The notes: generated by a model from the letters alone, not told the origin. Shown: positions 40,019 to 54,559, counted from the whole stretch's first letter. The stretch is 59,054 nt of DNA, filler included, from Platydemus manokwari (GCA_037951405.1; 5 parts of 5 records of this genome joined end to end with filler, not necessarily neighbours in it), one strand, 5' to 3'. A program made the numbers and translations.

Positions 40019-42804
40019 AAAATGTACTTTAAATAAATAAATATTTTTCAAAAAAAACCGAAATTTTAAGGTTATACACCTAATATTTTATTTTTTAATT
40101 GCCAAGAGATATGACTACACAACAACACATATACAAGCAATGACTAATCCAAATCAAAACAATTCAATAGACCCAATTGATATCTTAGAAACTTGACATG
40201 GCTTACAAGTTTACCACACAACCATATACAGATTATAAATTGCGATGCAAAGATGGAATATTGTGTTTTCAAGGCGATAAATATGAAGCATATTTTGTTT
40301 ATATTGAGAATGAAAGAAATTTTGGTTTGGATTGTATTGATTTTCCCTCAGATAAACAGTCTAATTAGGTTTTTTCTCTTAGTATTATACTGTTTAATAT
40401 TCCCTTTTCATCTTTATTAGTTTATTCCCATCGTTTACTTACATCACCCCTTTATCATTATATTTCTTGGATATGTTACTTACTGAAAACGGTTAAAATC
40501 GACAAACGAGAATAGAATAGTGGGAACGCAATAGAAAATTCAAAAATTAACTTAGAAATAAATGTTACTCCTCAAATTCATAACTGATTCTCGTTTTATC
40601 AGCCTATATTTCTTTTAATGGTCTTTTCTGAACTTGTAAGAGTCAATTTCAAGTGTTTTCTGTTATTTATACTGGAGTTCTTATTTTAATATTTTAAAAT
40701 TCGTAGACTTGATTAACTTTTCATAATTTTAATGGCCTTTTTTTTAAACATTTTAAAATTTTATTATAGTAAAGTATAAATATTTAGTACGTATTTTACT
40801 TTTAATATATTCCTAAAAATATTCATAAAATAAATAATAAATTAAAAAGAAAATGGAATTACTTAAATTACTTATTCTTAATTAACATAAAAAGAATAAA
40901 TTTAAAATAAAATTCAATCGAATATTGAAAATTATAAAATGAGATCAATAGTTAAACCAGCAAATAATGCTAAACACAAAATAAACAAGAAACTCGCTCA
41001 GATTACAAACTGTATATAATTCTTAAATTCAATCTACTTGTCACCCTATTCAATCTGAATTCGTTCCAAACTAATAAAGAATAAATAAAGACATTAATAG
41101 GGAAAATGAAAAATAATAATAAAATTATTTATAAAAAGTTATAATAAACAATCAATATAGCAATATAAATTAGAATAATAATTAGGAATTGAAAAATAGG
41201 AAACTAAATAAAGTAATAAACCAAATAGTCAAGATACTCGTGCAAAACTTCAGGGGGTAACAGATATGTATAAACTATGGCCATTAACAGTACCATATGC
41301 AATAAAATTATTTAGCTTTCGGCAAGAAGGCAAGGGACAGAATAAATAATTCGGATGACAATGTGTTCATTTGGAAATATTTGTTATAGCTATTTTGTAG
41401 ATTTTCATATTTAGCTGGTAAGCTCATGGTTTAATTTTAGTTCAAAAGTATTTGTAACTAAATTCATTTTATCCCTTTGGCATATTTGGATAACATTATT
41501 TATGTGTAATTAATTTTTGCACCAATACTTTTTCGAACTTGTAATTAAATATTCTGTTTAAATCTGTCTTTCATCTAGTGACAGACTGTTGATTACAAAC
41601 TTTAGTAGTGCATCGAATATTGAAACTATTTTTTATGTTTGTTTTAATTTACTATTACATAAATGAATTTTATTAATATAACTTTGTCTTATTAGCACCG
41701 ATTATCACTCTAGATTACGAGTTTCATTTAGATGAACCTCAATCAACTCATACTACCACTCAATCATTTAATAATCTGTCAATAAAATTTGAACTCAAAT
41801 ATTAAAATAAATTCAAGAGTGTGTTAATCAATTTCTCATTTTAATTTATGCCGATATTTTTATCTTTATACTGTTTATCGAAGTCCCAGAGAGTCATTGG
41901 ATATAAGTAATATAACAAAAAACTATATTTATTTTAATACAGTAATTAAGGAAGAAATAAGACCGAAATGGAGAATAGAATGGAGGGTTTTCAACAAAGC
42001 AATGAATAATTGTTTGAAAGGCAAAATAAAGAAACCAAGCAATTTTGAACTAAAAAAACCCTAAAAACAACGAATTGGTAAACAAATGTAAAAGCAAAGC
42101 TTTGTTAAAATAACATAAACAAACAGAGGAAAAAGAAACATACAAAAAACAATTTTGCCCAATTGCAAGACCAAGAAAGAGAACAAACAAAAGTATAAGA
42201 AGTAATTTGTCTTAACCCACCGAAAACAGAACAAAGACCTCTCCATTAAATAATACTATATAAGCACTTGGGTTATATACTATCAATTAACATTAATTAA
42301 TGGTTTAATAATAAACACAAGAACATTTCACCACACAAAAGTGTAGGTACACAATGTACACGAACGTTATTATTTTCTCTTTTTGAAATAGAAAACTTAC
42401 TGACAACTAACGATTACGAGTACTGATTTTCTATATAATACAATGCAGATATTTTTCATTCTAATTATTATTAAAGTTCTAATTATTATGTTGAGTCTTT
42501 ACAATTAACTTGCATTTTATCGGTTAAATTTGATACGTCAAAATGAAATATTAATTAAACATTATAATTACTCGATATTAAAAATGAAGCAAATTAACCA
42601 AAATTAATATTATACATTTAATTGGATAGGTAAAATTTTCCTTAAAAATGACCTTTAAAATTTAAATAATTTTCTTTTGAAATTTAAATAGTTAAATTTC
42701 AAAAAAACCATTTTAATTCAATAATTTTGTTTAAAATAGCACTAACAAAATAGCATATTTAAATTTTAAGGTAGTATAGCAAATAATATTTATTATTGGA
42801 AACA

Positions 42805-45266
42805 ATGATACCTCACAGATACTCAGTTATGAATGACAACTATGATTCAAGATTTAGTAATAGGTCAACACCTAAAAAGTTACAATCTCACACTGAAATC
42901 AACGATAAAAAAGTTTCAGTAGATATTATTTATTCTGAATTAATGTCTCTGAAAGATAGAACTGTAAGATTTGATATAATTTTGCATTTTTGTTTAAGTT
43001 AGTGTTTCTAGAATAATTCCTTTGTTGAATCTAATTGTGCAACGGAGAAACTTGATATGGATGTTAGTCGAGTGAAAGAAGAAATAAGTAATATCAATAA
43101 GCAAAATGAATCAAACAAATTGTTGATGACTGATTTTCAAAAGCGATTATCTAATATGGAAAGTATGATGGATAGATACAACGTTTTACGAGAAAACTAT
43201 GAAACACTGAAAGGCAAAATGGATGATTTATCAAACGAAGTAAATATTCTAAAGAGTACTAGAACAGATTCAGTGAATTCCTTTGAAAACATTGTCCAAT
43301 CGAAAATTAGAGAATCATTCAAAGAAATCAAATCATCACTTGATGAAAACATGAATGTTATAAACAAATTATGTACCGATAATTATACACAGAATACTGA
43401 TATTCTTTCACAATTATGTCAACAATTAACTTTAGCTCCAAAATCTGATCTTTTCGATAGGAAAGAAAATTCGACAAATGTAAGACAAGTTAAACAAATT
43501 GAATCCACCCAAGTTAAATCAAGTGACACAGAAACTCCGAAACTTCCACAAAAATCAGAACCAGTGAATGTTTTGAAACCAAAAGGAGATTGTTCGGAAA
43601 AAGAAACAATGAAGCAGGTAATCAATAACAACACTACCCAGAAATCTGTAAAACCGAAAGAAAAATCGTCCGAATCGAAGAACCTTCCCAAAAAACCAAT
43701 CGAAAAACAAAATACAATCGAGAAAAACGATTCCTCGGTTCAGAAAGGCGTTACATTAGATTTGGGTAAAAAAGAACAGCCAAAATTCGAATTTGGATTA
43801 CCAAATAAACCAACAGAACAAAATCCTCAATCCAAAGAACCCGCTAAAAATCAACCCAGTATTTTTTCTTCACTCAACACTACTGTTCCACCACCATCGG
43901 ATCAACCTCTATTCGGTAATCTTACATCATCCACGCAACCAGTAACAACAAGCACATTGTTTGGCACGAAAACCAACGTTGATAAATCACAATCGAATAT
44001 CTTCGGCTCGAACACTAGTTCGGATAAATCTTTGACGAATATTTTCGGTAATAAAGCAAATGACGAAAAACAAGCAACAACTTTATTCGGAAATAAAACA
44101 AATGACGAGAAAACCACCGCAAGTTTCTTCGGAAATAAAGCAAATCTCGACAAATCGTCAGGAAATCTGTTCGGTAATAAAGCCGTAAACGATAAAGGCA
44201 TGACAAACTTATTCGGAAACACCGCTGATAAAGCCCCTACAAATCTGTTTGGTACTCCACAAAATGCAGATAAATCATCTGGAAATCTTTTCGGTAATTC
44301 GCAAAAAAACGATAAACCTGCATCGATCTTTTCAAATCAAACAACCACAGAAAAAACACCCATCAATTTATTCGGTAACAAAACCACTCCAGACAAATCA
44401 TCAACGAATATATTCGGTTCGAACGCTGCCACAGACAAATCTTCACCAAGCTTGTTCAATGCCAATAAATCCACTGACAAACCACCGGCTACATTATTCG
44501 GCAATATGTCGACAATGAAACCCGTCTCATTTGCTCCCAGTGTTGATAAATCAGATAATAAATCATCGATTTTCGGAGCTAGTTCCAATGCTAACGCATT
44601 CAATTTTGGCTCGACAACCAGCGATAAAACTGGTTTCGGTAATCCAACCGAAGTCAACTGGAAGGGAGGTTCGAAATTGTTTTCCGGTGCTCCCACAATA
44701 AACAAAGACGAGACGAATAATGATGACGCCAATGAACAGCCGAATGTTGAAGATGAAGAACATGATCCTCATTTCCAACCGATTATTGATTTACCACCAC
44801 TTGTACAAATTGCTAAAGATGAAGAATCGCACGAAGTGTTGTTTAAGAGCAGATGTAAATTGTATCGATTTATCAATGAAGAATGGAAAGAACGAGGAGT
44901 TGGTGAAATGAAAATCCTTCAAACCAAAGCAGAAATCGATTCCAACCGACCTGTCAAAATGGTCATGAGACGAGACCAAGTTCGGAAAATCTGTTGCAAT
45001 CAAAGAGTGACAAAGAAATTCCCCACATTTGCAGCCATGCCCAATGAGAAATCGACTTGTTGGATTGGAAACGATTTCAGTGATGGCGTTGCGACACAGG
45101 AGAAATTCGCTATTCGTTTCTCGGTAAGATTTTGATTTGTTGTTGATCATTTTAATATTTATTGATTCGTGTTTGTTTTGTTTAGAATCTCGATATTTTG
45201 ACGGAATTCAAAAATGTTATCGCAAATGTCCAAGAATCACTTAGTTCAGATGAGAATCAAGATTAG
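42805..45266 (+). CDS. FG-repeat nucleoporin-like protein with N-terminal coiled coil and C-terminal Ran-binding domain (~780 aa, 3 exons)
   Basis: Exons 42805-42963, 43012-45123, 45186-45266, all phase 0. RanBD: HDPHFQPIIDLP..VLFKSRCKLYRF..EWKERGVGEMKIL..MRRDQVRKICCN..EKFAIRF. Many LFG/IFG repeats; AATAAA at ~45295. Confidence 0.9.
43950..44515 (+). repeat. degenerate coding tandem repeat, ~42-bp (14-aa) unit, about 14 copies
   Basis: Units such as SNIFGSNTSSDKSL / TNIFGNKANDEKQA / TTLFGNKTNDEKTT / GNLFGNKAVNDKGM. Confidence 0.85.
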
Positions 45267-48200
45267 AACCAAATAGATATTCAATGTTTCATACAATAAA
45301 TCATGTTTTATTCTAGCACAAATTTGATTGGTTTATTTTTTATTCCATATATTTATAAATAGAATAGCCAATTCCATAATTTGTAGAAATGTTTGAATGA
45401 TGGATGTGATATGTAGTGATGATATATTGATTTCATTTTTGTCGTATAAACTATTATATTTTATCATTGGATAATTGCGAAGTTTTATTTCGTTTTGTAT
45501 TGCTGGATATAAATAGTTGGGTATAAGGCTTAAGCATACATTGTGTATTTAAAAATAAATGAATTACTCTAAACGATTTCAATCTGTTGATTTAAAAGCA
45601 ATTTGTGTATTGTAATTTTAAATCTTTATTAAAAAGACAAGACTCTCAGAGACTTGAAGGTCACAAAAGCGGTAGCTGGAACCAAAAATTTGTAATTCAG
45701 AAAATTTTAACATGTTAATTAACACATGTTGGGTTTTGTAAAGGTTTGATGATGATTGCAAAATAATGAGTACCCTACTTTGTATAAAACGAACGAAAAT
45801 TTCAAGTTGAGATTAACCTTATTATTCGATATTGAAAACTTGACTTCGATAAAGTACCTCCATAGGTTAATTGCGGTGGTTATCTATAGATAATACTATT
45901 TCTAATGTCAGTTTAATGTTCAACGATCGATTGGGTACAGGTCCTTATAAGAAAAATCTCTCAGAACATTTCGAATTCGAATATTCTGTTCGAACAACAA
46001 TCTGTATTAGATCGAATGATTGTTTTTATTCTCGTTATGGATGCAGATTTTATTTCTCGGCTATGCAGTGGTTTTGAGTAACTCGTATGAAGTCGAAGTT
46101 TCCCGAAAGTTAATGAAAATTATCTAAATGTGTTTGTTAGTTTGACAAATTATTGCCACTATGATATTTCGTCCCTCTACAACAAACTCTCAATAAGTCA
46201 AAAACGGACAGCCTAACTAGTTGTAACAAAAGCACAAGGAAGTCTTAAATGATCAAAGTGCATATATGAATTTGAGTTTCCAATTTTGATTCATTGGGTC
46301 CGTTTGGAATTGATAATTTCTGTTTAGAGAATGATAAGAATATATAATTATTAGTAATTGTCATGATGGGGTCATCCACAAACATTATACAATGGACAAC
46401 CAGCATAACCACATAATATAATATAATCACCATATATGTATTACATAAAAATACAAACGCTGACTATAGACGTGTAGATAGAAACGCTGGTCGACATTAT
46501 CCACTGACTCAATTCCAGTCAATAATCCAATCAAGATCCCAGCCAACAATCGAATCAATGACCACGATAGACATTTGATGGGCAAATTTATTGATATTTT
46601 TTATTGATGATCTATAATTATTAGCTGATGTTTGTAGTTATTAACTACAATCACTTCATTGTTTGGCAATGATTTATAATTATTTGTTATCTTTATTTTG
46701 GTATTTGTAAAAGAAGAAAGAATGAAAAGGAACATTGACAAGGAGTAATAATTTAATAATACATGAAATAGACAGATAAATAAGATTAACTATGTGAAAA
46801 ATCACATAGAATAGCATTCAAAGAATGAATAAATTATATTAAATAACTAAACCACGTTAACACTTGAAAGACACCCACGGATTCTGCTAGTATAAATAGC
46901 CATTCGAAAAGTTATTCATATTCTCTTCGTTCGTAATTGTCGCATTTTCATCCAATCATATTTTTTTAATTAAGCAATTTTAAGGATATATTTCATAATA
47001 ATTAAAATATCTTAATATTTAATTATCCTTGTCAAATTAATATATTCTTCTTCAACTCTTTTCTCAGTCAGCTTTTGGATTTCCAGTCTCACACTTTCGT
47101 GTCGCACTGGTCATTGAAAAAATCTTTATGCGTTATTCTAAATTGTTATAACAATTTGTATTTTTTGTCCAATCTTAAATAGATTATTGCTCAAATATAG
47201 TTTTGATTTTTACAAAAGAAAATAACACCATTGAAATTTATCACATAATCTAATAACTAAATTTCAATTTAGAGACTTAACTCAAGTTATACTCAGTCTC
47301 ATCGTAACATAATAATAATTATAATAGTGACAATATTATTAGTAAATTATAACACCTTTAGATTATTCAGTAAATTCAAATCCAATTGTGTAGTCTTCAA
47401 TATTCACTATTGAATCCCCTTAAGAGCCAGTGAGATATCAACAAAGAATTTAATATTAATCATATTCTACTAAAGTACAAACTTTTTATCGAATAGTCAC
47501 TTGTTTTATTTATTAATACCTATAACGAAAAGTGAATTCAATAACACCGATGTTTATGATTTTATGTTATAAACATATTAGTAACTGAGAATGGACATAT
47601 CAATAAAAGTAATACATAAAATACAAAACGAAGTCAAAGATAAAGAATTAATTATATTGAGATCAAAGCCAATAATTAACTATCCAGCTCAGCATTGTAA
47701 TTCAATTCAAAGTCGAATCTTTGGTTTTCCACCATTGTTGAGTGATCTGAAATTCTACAAAAGCAAAAACGAAATTACATATTGGAATCCTTGTTTCGGC
47801 ATTTTAAACATTTGCATATCTACACAGCCATATAATCATATCAATCAGCCATTCATAGTGAAGTTAAATGGTGAACTACAATTGGAAAAAGGGACATAGC
47901 TACAGAACAACACACACATAGGGATTAATCACTCACACTCATGTAAAACATTAAAAACACAATAGGAACATAGAAAAACAAATATCAAATCAAATTATGA
48001 TGCAAGATGACACAAAAAAATACACACAGATCGCGAATATAAAAATCGATGTAAAGATGGACAGCTACTGGTTACAAGCCAAGTTTTGGTTGAGATTTTG
48101 AATAGTATAATTCGTCTAGTGATAAATACACGAAAAATATATTAACCTTCGAAATTGGAGTAAATTTTTATTTATTGTTTGTAATTAATGAATACTTTGT

Positions 48201-48896
48201 TATGCGCTTACCGAGATTATGATGAGACTTTTTATTTTTATTTTTTAACTGATCATCTTGATAATGTGAAAAAGAAATTTTCTACACTTGTTAACTTTTG
48301 TTTCGTCTATACCTCTGTTTGAATCAATCACAAGTTTTATGCAAATTTCGATTTTCCTGCAAACAATAGATTCTTCACAGTGATGAATATTAAAAAGAAT
48401 AACTTTCATGGTCGTAAGTTTAAAAAACTTCTAAAAAATTAAAAAAATGACCAAGTTATTAAATATATATTTTCAGATATATATTTTATTTCATTTCAAA
48501 AATGTCTTTTTAAGTAACGCAAGATTTTGAAATATTAAAAACTATTTCTTGTAATACAGGATACTCTTGAATTTTGAATACATTAAGTTATTTATCGTAT
48601 CAACAAAATGCGTAACAGTTATTAGAGATTTTACAGTCATTATGGAATCACACTCTTACAGGTGCAATGATGTTGAGAGAGATAAACCCAATTTCTCATT
48701 GCTTTATGTACTTTTCAATGCGAAGTCAGGATTCATTTCGGTATTAGCGATATTTTAGTATTGTATTTGTGTGGAATTTAAGTAAAAACCAATTATAATA
48801 ATTGAATTAAATAAGAACTTTATTCAATCTTTCGACCGGTTTCTACTTCCATTTCAACTTTTGACGAAATTATTATTTCAAGACTTATTTATATTA

Positions 48897-48970
48897 TTGG
48901 GTCTATAACTTAATAACCAGAATTTGACACCAGATGTAAACACTTGTGTGTGTGCTGTAGCAAATCATTA
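48897..48970 (+). mobile_element. 5' end of a mariner transposon (same family as 29163)
   Basis: TA + TTGGGTCTATAACTTAATAACCAGAATTT, near-identical to the TIR at 29163 but with different inner sequence; runs into the spacer. Confidence 0.7.
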
Positions 48971-49070
48971 NNNNNNNNNNNNNNNNNNNNNNNNNNNNNN
49001 NNNNNNNNNNNNNNTTAATTAATTAANNNNNNNNNNNNNNNNNNNNNNNNNNNNNNNNNNNNNNNNNNNN
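48971..49070. other. assembly spacer
   Basis: 44 N + TTAATTAATTAA + 44 N. Confidence 0.97.
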
Positions 49071-51646
49071 TTTAAATGATTTGGTAAAACAAAAACTTTA
49101 AACAACTAAAAAACATGAATAACTTTTGACTCAGCCTAATATATTAAGTCCATAATGAAAATTCTCTATCTCCTATGGTCGATTTTGGTTTCTTTTTTAA
49201 AATTTTTTATTATTTGCAGCTCTTAAATAAGAATTGTTTATATTTGGCTAATATTTCTAAAAAATATTCAATAAAAGGTAAAATACAATAAGGCCAATGC
49301 TTCCTAACAATGAGATTAATTCTTAAGATCATAAATATTTTATTGTGAAATACAATAACTGCAGATTCTCCAAATATGCCAGCATTGCTAAAGTGAACAA
49401 ACATTGTAAATCTGATAAATTTTACTGAATTATCCTAATTTTACTAAATTAATACAGGAATAATTGTCATTCGCATATATAAATGCAGTTTATATGAGGC
49501 ATCTTCAGAGAAACAACCAATTATTAATCGACTACACAATTATCATCGTGATATCTTAAACTAATTCTGTTAGTACTCATCTATTCAGCCAAGTATAAAA
49601 TTTAATTCGATTTCTTTCTAGATTATTTTTTCATAAAGAATGTATTTGATGCCAACAGTTAGAGAATATATACTGCGAGAGAAAATGATTTTTCATCCAG
49701 TCTATTCTAATATCTTTATACTTTAATTCTTTTCTGCTATTATTGAAAAATCAGAATCCTGTACGTGAATAAATCACATTGATAATAAAAGTGCAATATT
49801 CTGTTTAGTATGTTTTTTGGCTATTTATCAAGTGTATATAAAATATCGAAAATTCTCATAAACATTTTACTAAAAAATTTCTCTTTACAATTCAGTTAAT
49901 AAATTTTCTACCAGAAAACTATCAAATTAAAATCCATAATTTTCTACTTCAAATTAAATGCTCGTAAATATTTAATAATAAAAAAAATTACTAAAATTAA
50001 GTTTCGGTATGACTTTTCGTATAGAATTTGATTATTTATATTCCAAATCTAATTGATATAAATTTACAGGATGAATTAGTAATTACGTGTTTATTTTTGA
50101 TCATAACTTGCTTATCAATATTAAAATACGTTAAGATATTCATTTGGCTATTGATTTATTAACTGTCAGTTTTTATTAATTTAATAGAAACTAGGAGTCA
50201 ATTTGTATAGCGAACTTAAATCATCAATAATAAAATACATATTCGAGATTGAGTTTATTGAAGAAAATCTTTAGCATAAGAAATTCCCACATTTGAATCA
50301 ATGATAATCTAATTTTCCATTAGATATCCTAAATATTTAAAAAAATATTTGTTGATATTTTTTAATGTACTTTGAGAAATCGTTTTAGAAGTTCAGAAAT
50401 CTATCAGAAGAATACTATTGGTTGCACTGATCATAAAACTATTTTTATGTTTCTGCCCATTTGATAGAATGAAAAAATTAAATTCTTTGAAATTATCAAG
50501 CAATAAGGTTCAAAGTTATTTTACAAACGAAAATAACTTTTTAAAAATATCTCTCGATATACCAATCACGTTTTTTAGGTCTATATGATACATATAACGT
50601 AAACTAAAAAAATACCGATTATAAATTCAGGGGAAAATATTATACTGCAATAAGAATAACAGTTAAAATTGTTGACTGAAAAATGGCGACATAGTGCATT
50701 GGCGATAATTGAAGTGTTATTTTAAAGATAAAATATTTGATTTGTTTCAAAGAAAGAATTCAAACAATGTTAATAATTGATGTTTGTTTTTTACATAAAA
50801 ACATCATATTATGAACGAAAAAATTTCTCTAATGAATACAATCAATTTTCTTACAGCATCTGCACATCTTTAATAAATAATAATCTGGAAAAAGTTTATT
50901 GATAATCATCGATGCACATCAATAATAGTACAATCAAATTCTCAATCCAATTCAATAGAAAATCATCATTTACTAATGATGAATTCAATGCTACATTAAT
51001 ATGCTACTAATGTTAACTTGTTGCATTTGATCAACAATCAAACAACGTTTCAAACAAATAATCAATATTGATTAATATGCAATTAATGTTTCATAATATT
51101 AGAAATGAATCAAATAAGCCACTAGTCGTTGCGAAATTGAAAAGCTAATCAAATCAAGTCGATAATCAATTGAGAACGCAAAAAAGAACCTAATACATTG
51201 TCCATCAAATATTGACAATGATAACATATGTATATTATCAATTTGTACAACTATACCCATTTAGATAACAAAAACCAAACTATAAACACAATTGAAATAG
51301 CAAGATAAAAATATTCTCAAGTAGTAAAAAGAAAAGTAATCAAAAGTTAACTCGCCAATTTTCCATGTATAATATCACTGACAAATGTATATATGTATAT
51401 GTATAAATATATTGATAGATATATACTTTCGATCAGGGTATCCCCAATAACAATCCATTATACACATTTACACATATCATAGTAATAATAATAATAAGCT
51501 TATGAACCAATTATAATCACAACTATTTCAGTACTATCTTGAATACAGACAGAAGATGATTATTTTTATTATAACAATAAACACGTGTGTACTGTAATAT
51601 TCCGCGCGCACACATACAGATTGACAAATTTTTAGCTTGTAAATTA

Positions 51647-53752
51647 TTACTTATACTGAGCACTACCCAAGCCAGGTGCACCGCCAATCCCTCCTCCAAG
51701 CGGTCCCCCACCAGGAGTTGCTCTGCTATTTCCGGGAAGTCCTCCACCACTGCACTGGTGTGATTGTTGTTGCATACCGACTGCTTTCTGTTTTAAAAGC
51801 GTCCAATCAAATACGTAATCATAAGCGAAATTCAATGTGCGGAACAAATTGGAAAAGCTTTCGCGCAAACTCTTGTAGTTTGGAGCTTCATCGAATTTCA
51901 AATTGCGACAATATTCCAAATAGAATCCAAATTCCGGTGGAAAGCTTTTACACAACACATCAATGGGAGTCGATCGTTTCTTTTCGTAGATGCGTTCATA
52001 TTTCTGCTTCTTATTATTGGCCTATGTTGGGAGAAGGAAAAAAACACAATTATACGAGCTGTCAATAATGGATACAGTTAATGACCAAGATTCTTTAATT
52101 CCAATCAACGGTGATTCGTGATGAGTGGCAATGATTGAATATCACGGATATGAGCAATAATTATCAAATAAATTAACACCATGGATAATTATTATCGCTT
52201 ATTGTGACCTCCTTTCTGCACTCAAATGATAGTCATTATCAATGTACAACCAATGACAAATTAATAAAGCGATAAATTTTGATTTTTAATTAATTATGAT
52301 TATGTGTGCGTGTATAAGTGTGAGAGAGAGAAAGAGTGTGTGTGTACACTATTCGATCACGAGTAACTCATTCTTTAGCAACACAAAACCCAAATCGCAA
52401 CCAAATTAGACAATCAGAAATGCAAAATCAATCCCAATAAACCAAATATGAATCCGTATTGTTTAAGGATGTCCAGAGTTTATGATTGGCTTGATTTGTA
52501 ATCATTTAAAAGTACAAATGCAAATCACTCAAAACCAATCACAATCGACTCGATGTTCTTTCTCAATCCATTTCATTTGTTGTGAAACAAATTAGGATAA
52601 ATCTGCCAGTGATCGAGCTGTACAAATTATTATGCAACTCATAAATCAATAAAGGTTATACAAGTGCAAACGGATTCAAATGACCTCAACTAAGGACTCG
52701 TATGACCTCAAACATACAAAACACAATTCCCAAAATTAATATTTTTAAAAAAACGTGATGTTTTGAATTTTATCATTATAAAATTATCCATGGTTTTTTG
52801 AATTAATGGCATTCATTTTTTATTTATATTTCACTCATTGAAATCAGTGATATTCAACAATTTTTTTTCTTTGATAAAACTGACCGAGAAACGAAAAAAA
52901 CCCCGATTTGAAGCATATAAAATCATGGTCAAAACTGTAAATTATTATCACAAAATACCAATTACCACCTTCAATCCCTGCCATGGGAGAGTGCTTCTCA
53001 AAAAATACATAAACACATAGCCCATAGATTCCATATCATCTCTACGAGACTGTTCAATTCCAGCATGGGCATTAATACTTGCATATCTAGCAGTTCCAGT
53101 TAAATTCTTATCTTCCCTGTACGGAATATGTGCCTTGGTTTTTGTATCCCTTAAATCGCTTTTAAAATGAATTTGCAAATTAACAACAGATACTTGTATT
53201 TTTTTGATAAACCAAAATCTACAACAAATAATTTATTGCAGTGACGTCCGATGCCCATTAAAAAATTATCGGGCTTAATATCTCGATGAATGAAATTTTT
53301 TGAATGAATAAATTCAACTCTTGTTAACATTTGTTCTGCTAACATTAAAACTGTTTTCATTGTAAATCTGCGACCACAGAAGTTGAAAAGATCTTCTAAA
53401 CTTGGCCCAAGCAAATCCATAACGAGGGCATTATATTGATTTTTAACACCATCAAACCCGTACCATCTGATTCGAGGAATACCAACACCGTCCTATCGTG
53501 TGTAATAGAAGTGTAAATTTTTAATAATTGACTTACTTGAAGGAATTTGTAAACTTTACTTTCATAGAGCAGTTGTGGGTGTCTGGCATTAACTGACTCC
53601 AATTTTACCGCTACTTCTTCACCATTTGATACTGCAACACCCAAATAAATATCACCAAAAGAGCCTGATCCTATTTTTCTTACTAAACGCCATTTAGCTG
53701 CGACTACAAAATCCGACCTACTGCTACCACTTGTGCCTTTAGTTGTACTCAT
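51647..53752 (-). CDS. CSNK1A1: casein kinase I alpha (4 exons)
   Basis: [64 protein letters not shown] (alpha-type), [32 protein letters not shown]; Gly-rich tail; three GT-AG introns in consistent phase. Confidence 0.97.
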
Positions 53753-54559
53753 TTAATTACTATTTGGCTCTAAAATATATGCACATAAAATAAATTTTAC
53801 TTTATGTTTATCTAAATAAAGATTAAAAATAAATAATTTCAAATTAAAAATGAAAATTAATAATTATTTTTAAGTAGAAATATAATAAATAAACCCATTA
53901 GTAACAATGTTTATTACATTAGATAAATAATAATACAAATTTAAACAAACAATTACGTGACATTAAGGAAATTATGACTATTTTAAATTTAACTTTAATT
54001 TGCGTCATTGTAATTTAAATTTAAAATACTCTAAATATTGATAAATAAAAAATATTAAAAACTTTTATTAGAGTATATTCTTAATGTAATTGAATAAAAG
54101 TACAAAATTGCGTGTTTTCATAAAAATGCATATTTTCATAATAAATTATGGTGCAAACCAATGGTTATCAATATTTCAGGCAAAATGGATTGCAAAAGAT
54201 GAATTATAAATAAAGTTAACCCACCTATCTTCTGTCAGTATATAAAGCCCAGTAAACGACACCATATTATCATAACCCTTAATGATCACTTCTAAATGAC
54301 AAGAATTATTGTCAAATAACCACAATTGCAGACCAATTAAGAAGCACTGCATTAAATTCCACTAAAGAAATTAAATGGTGAAAGACTACATTGAACTAGG
54401 AAAATTTTATCAAAAATTAAGAGTTGTATATAAATCAACTGTGTATATCACCTTCTATAAATGATAATTTAAATCATCATTTCAAATTGTAAATTTTATT
54501 TTCAGGTGAATCTGAATTTCATTTAATTTTCAATTTTTTTAAACTTATTTTGAAATATA

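Noticed and set aside
43950-44515. Regularly spaced repeats as a CRISPR-like array
   Set aside because: Repeats are degenerate, in frame and encode FG units; eukaryotic context and no cas genes.
43419-45150. Several antisense and alternate-frame ORFs over the nucleoporin-like exon (also over MVD, CK1 and zinc-finger exons)
   Set aside because: Shadow ORFs from codon bias of the real genes.
47550-48120. Minus-strand terminal exon (including a CKCLKCRN peptide) with a G/T-rich 3' UTR
   Set aside because: No consistent upstream exons in the contig and the reading frame is ambiguous.
29163-48970. Idea that the two mariner ends are one copy joining contig 2 to inverted contig 4
   Set aside because: The minus strand upstream of 48895 shows neither the missing bestrophin exons nor a continuation of the hAT end.
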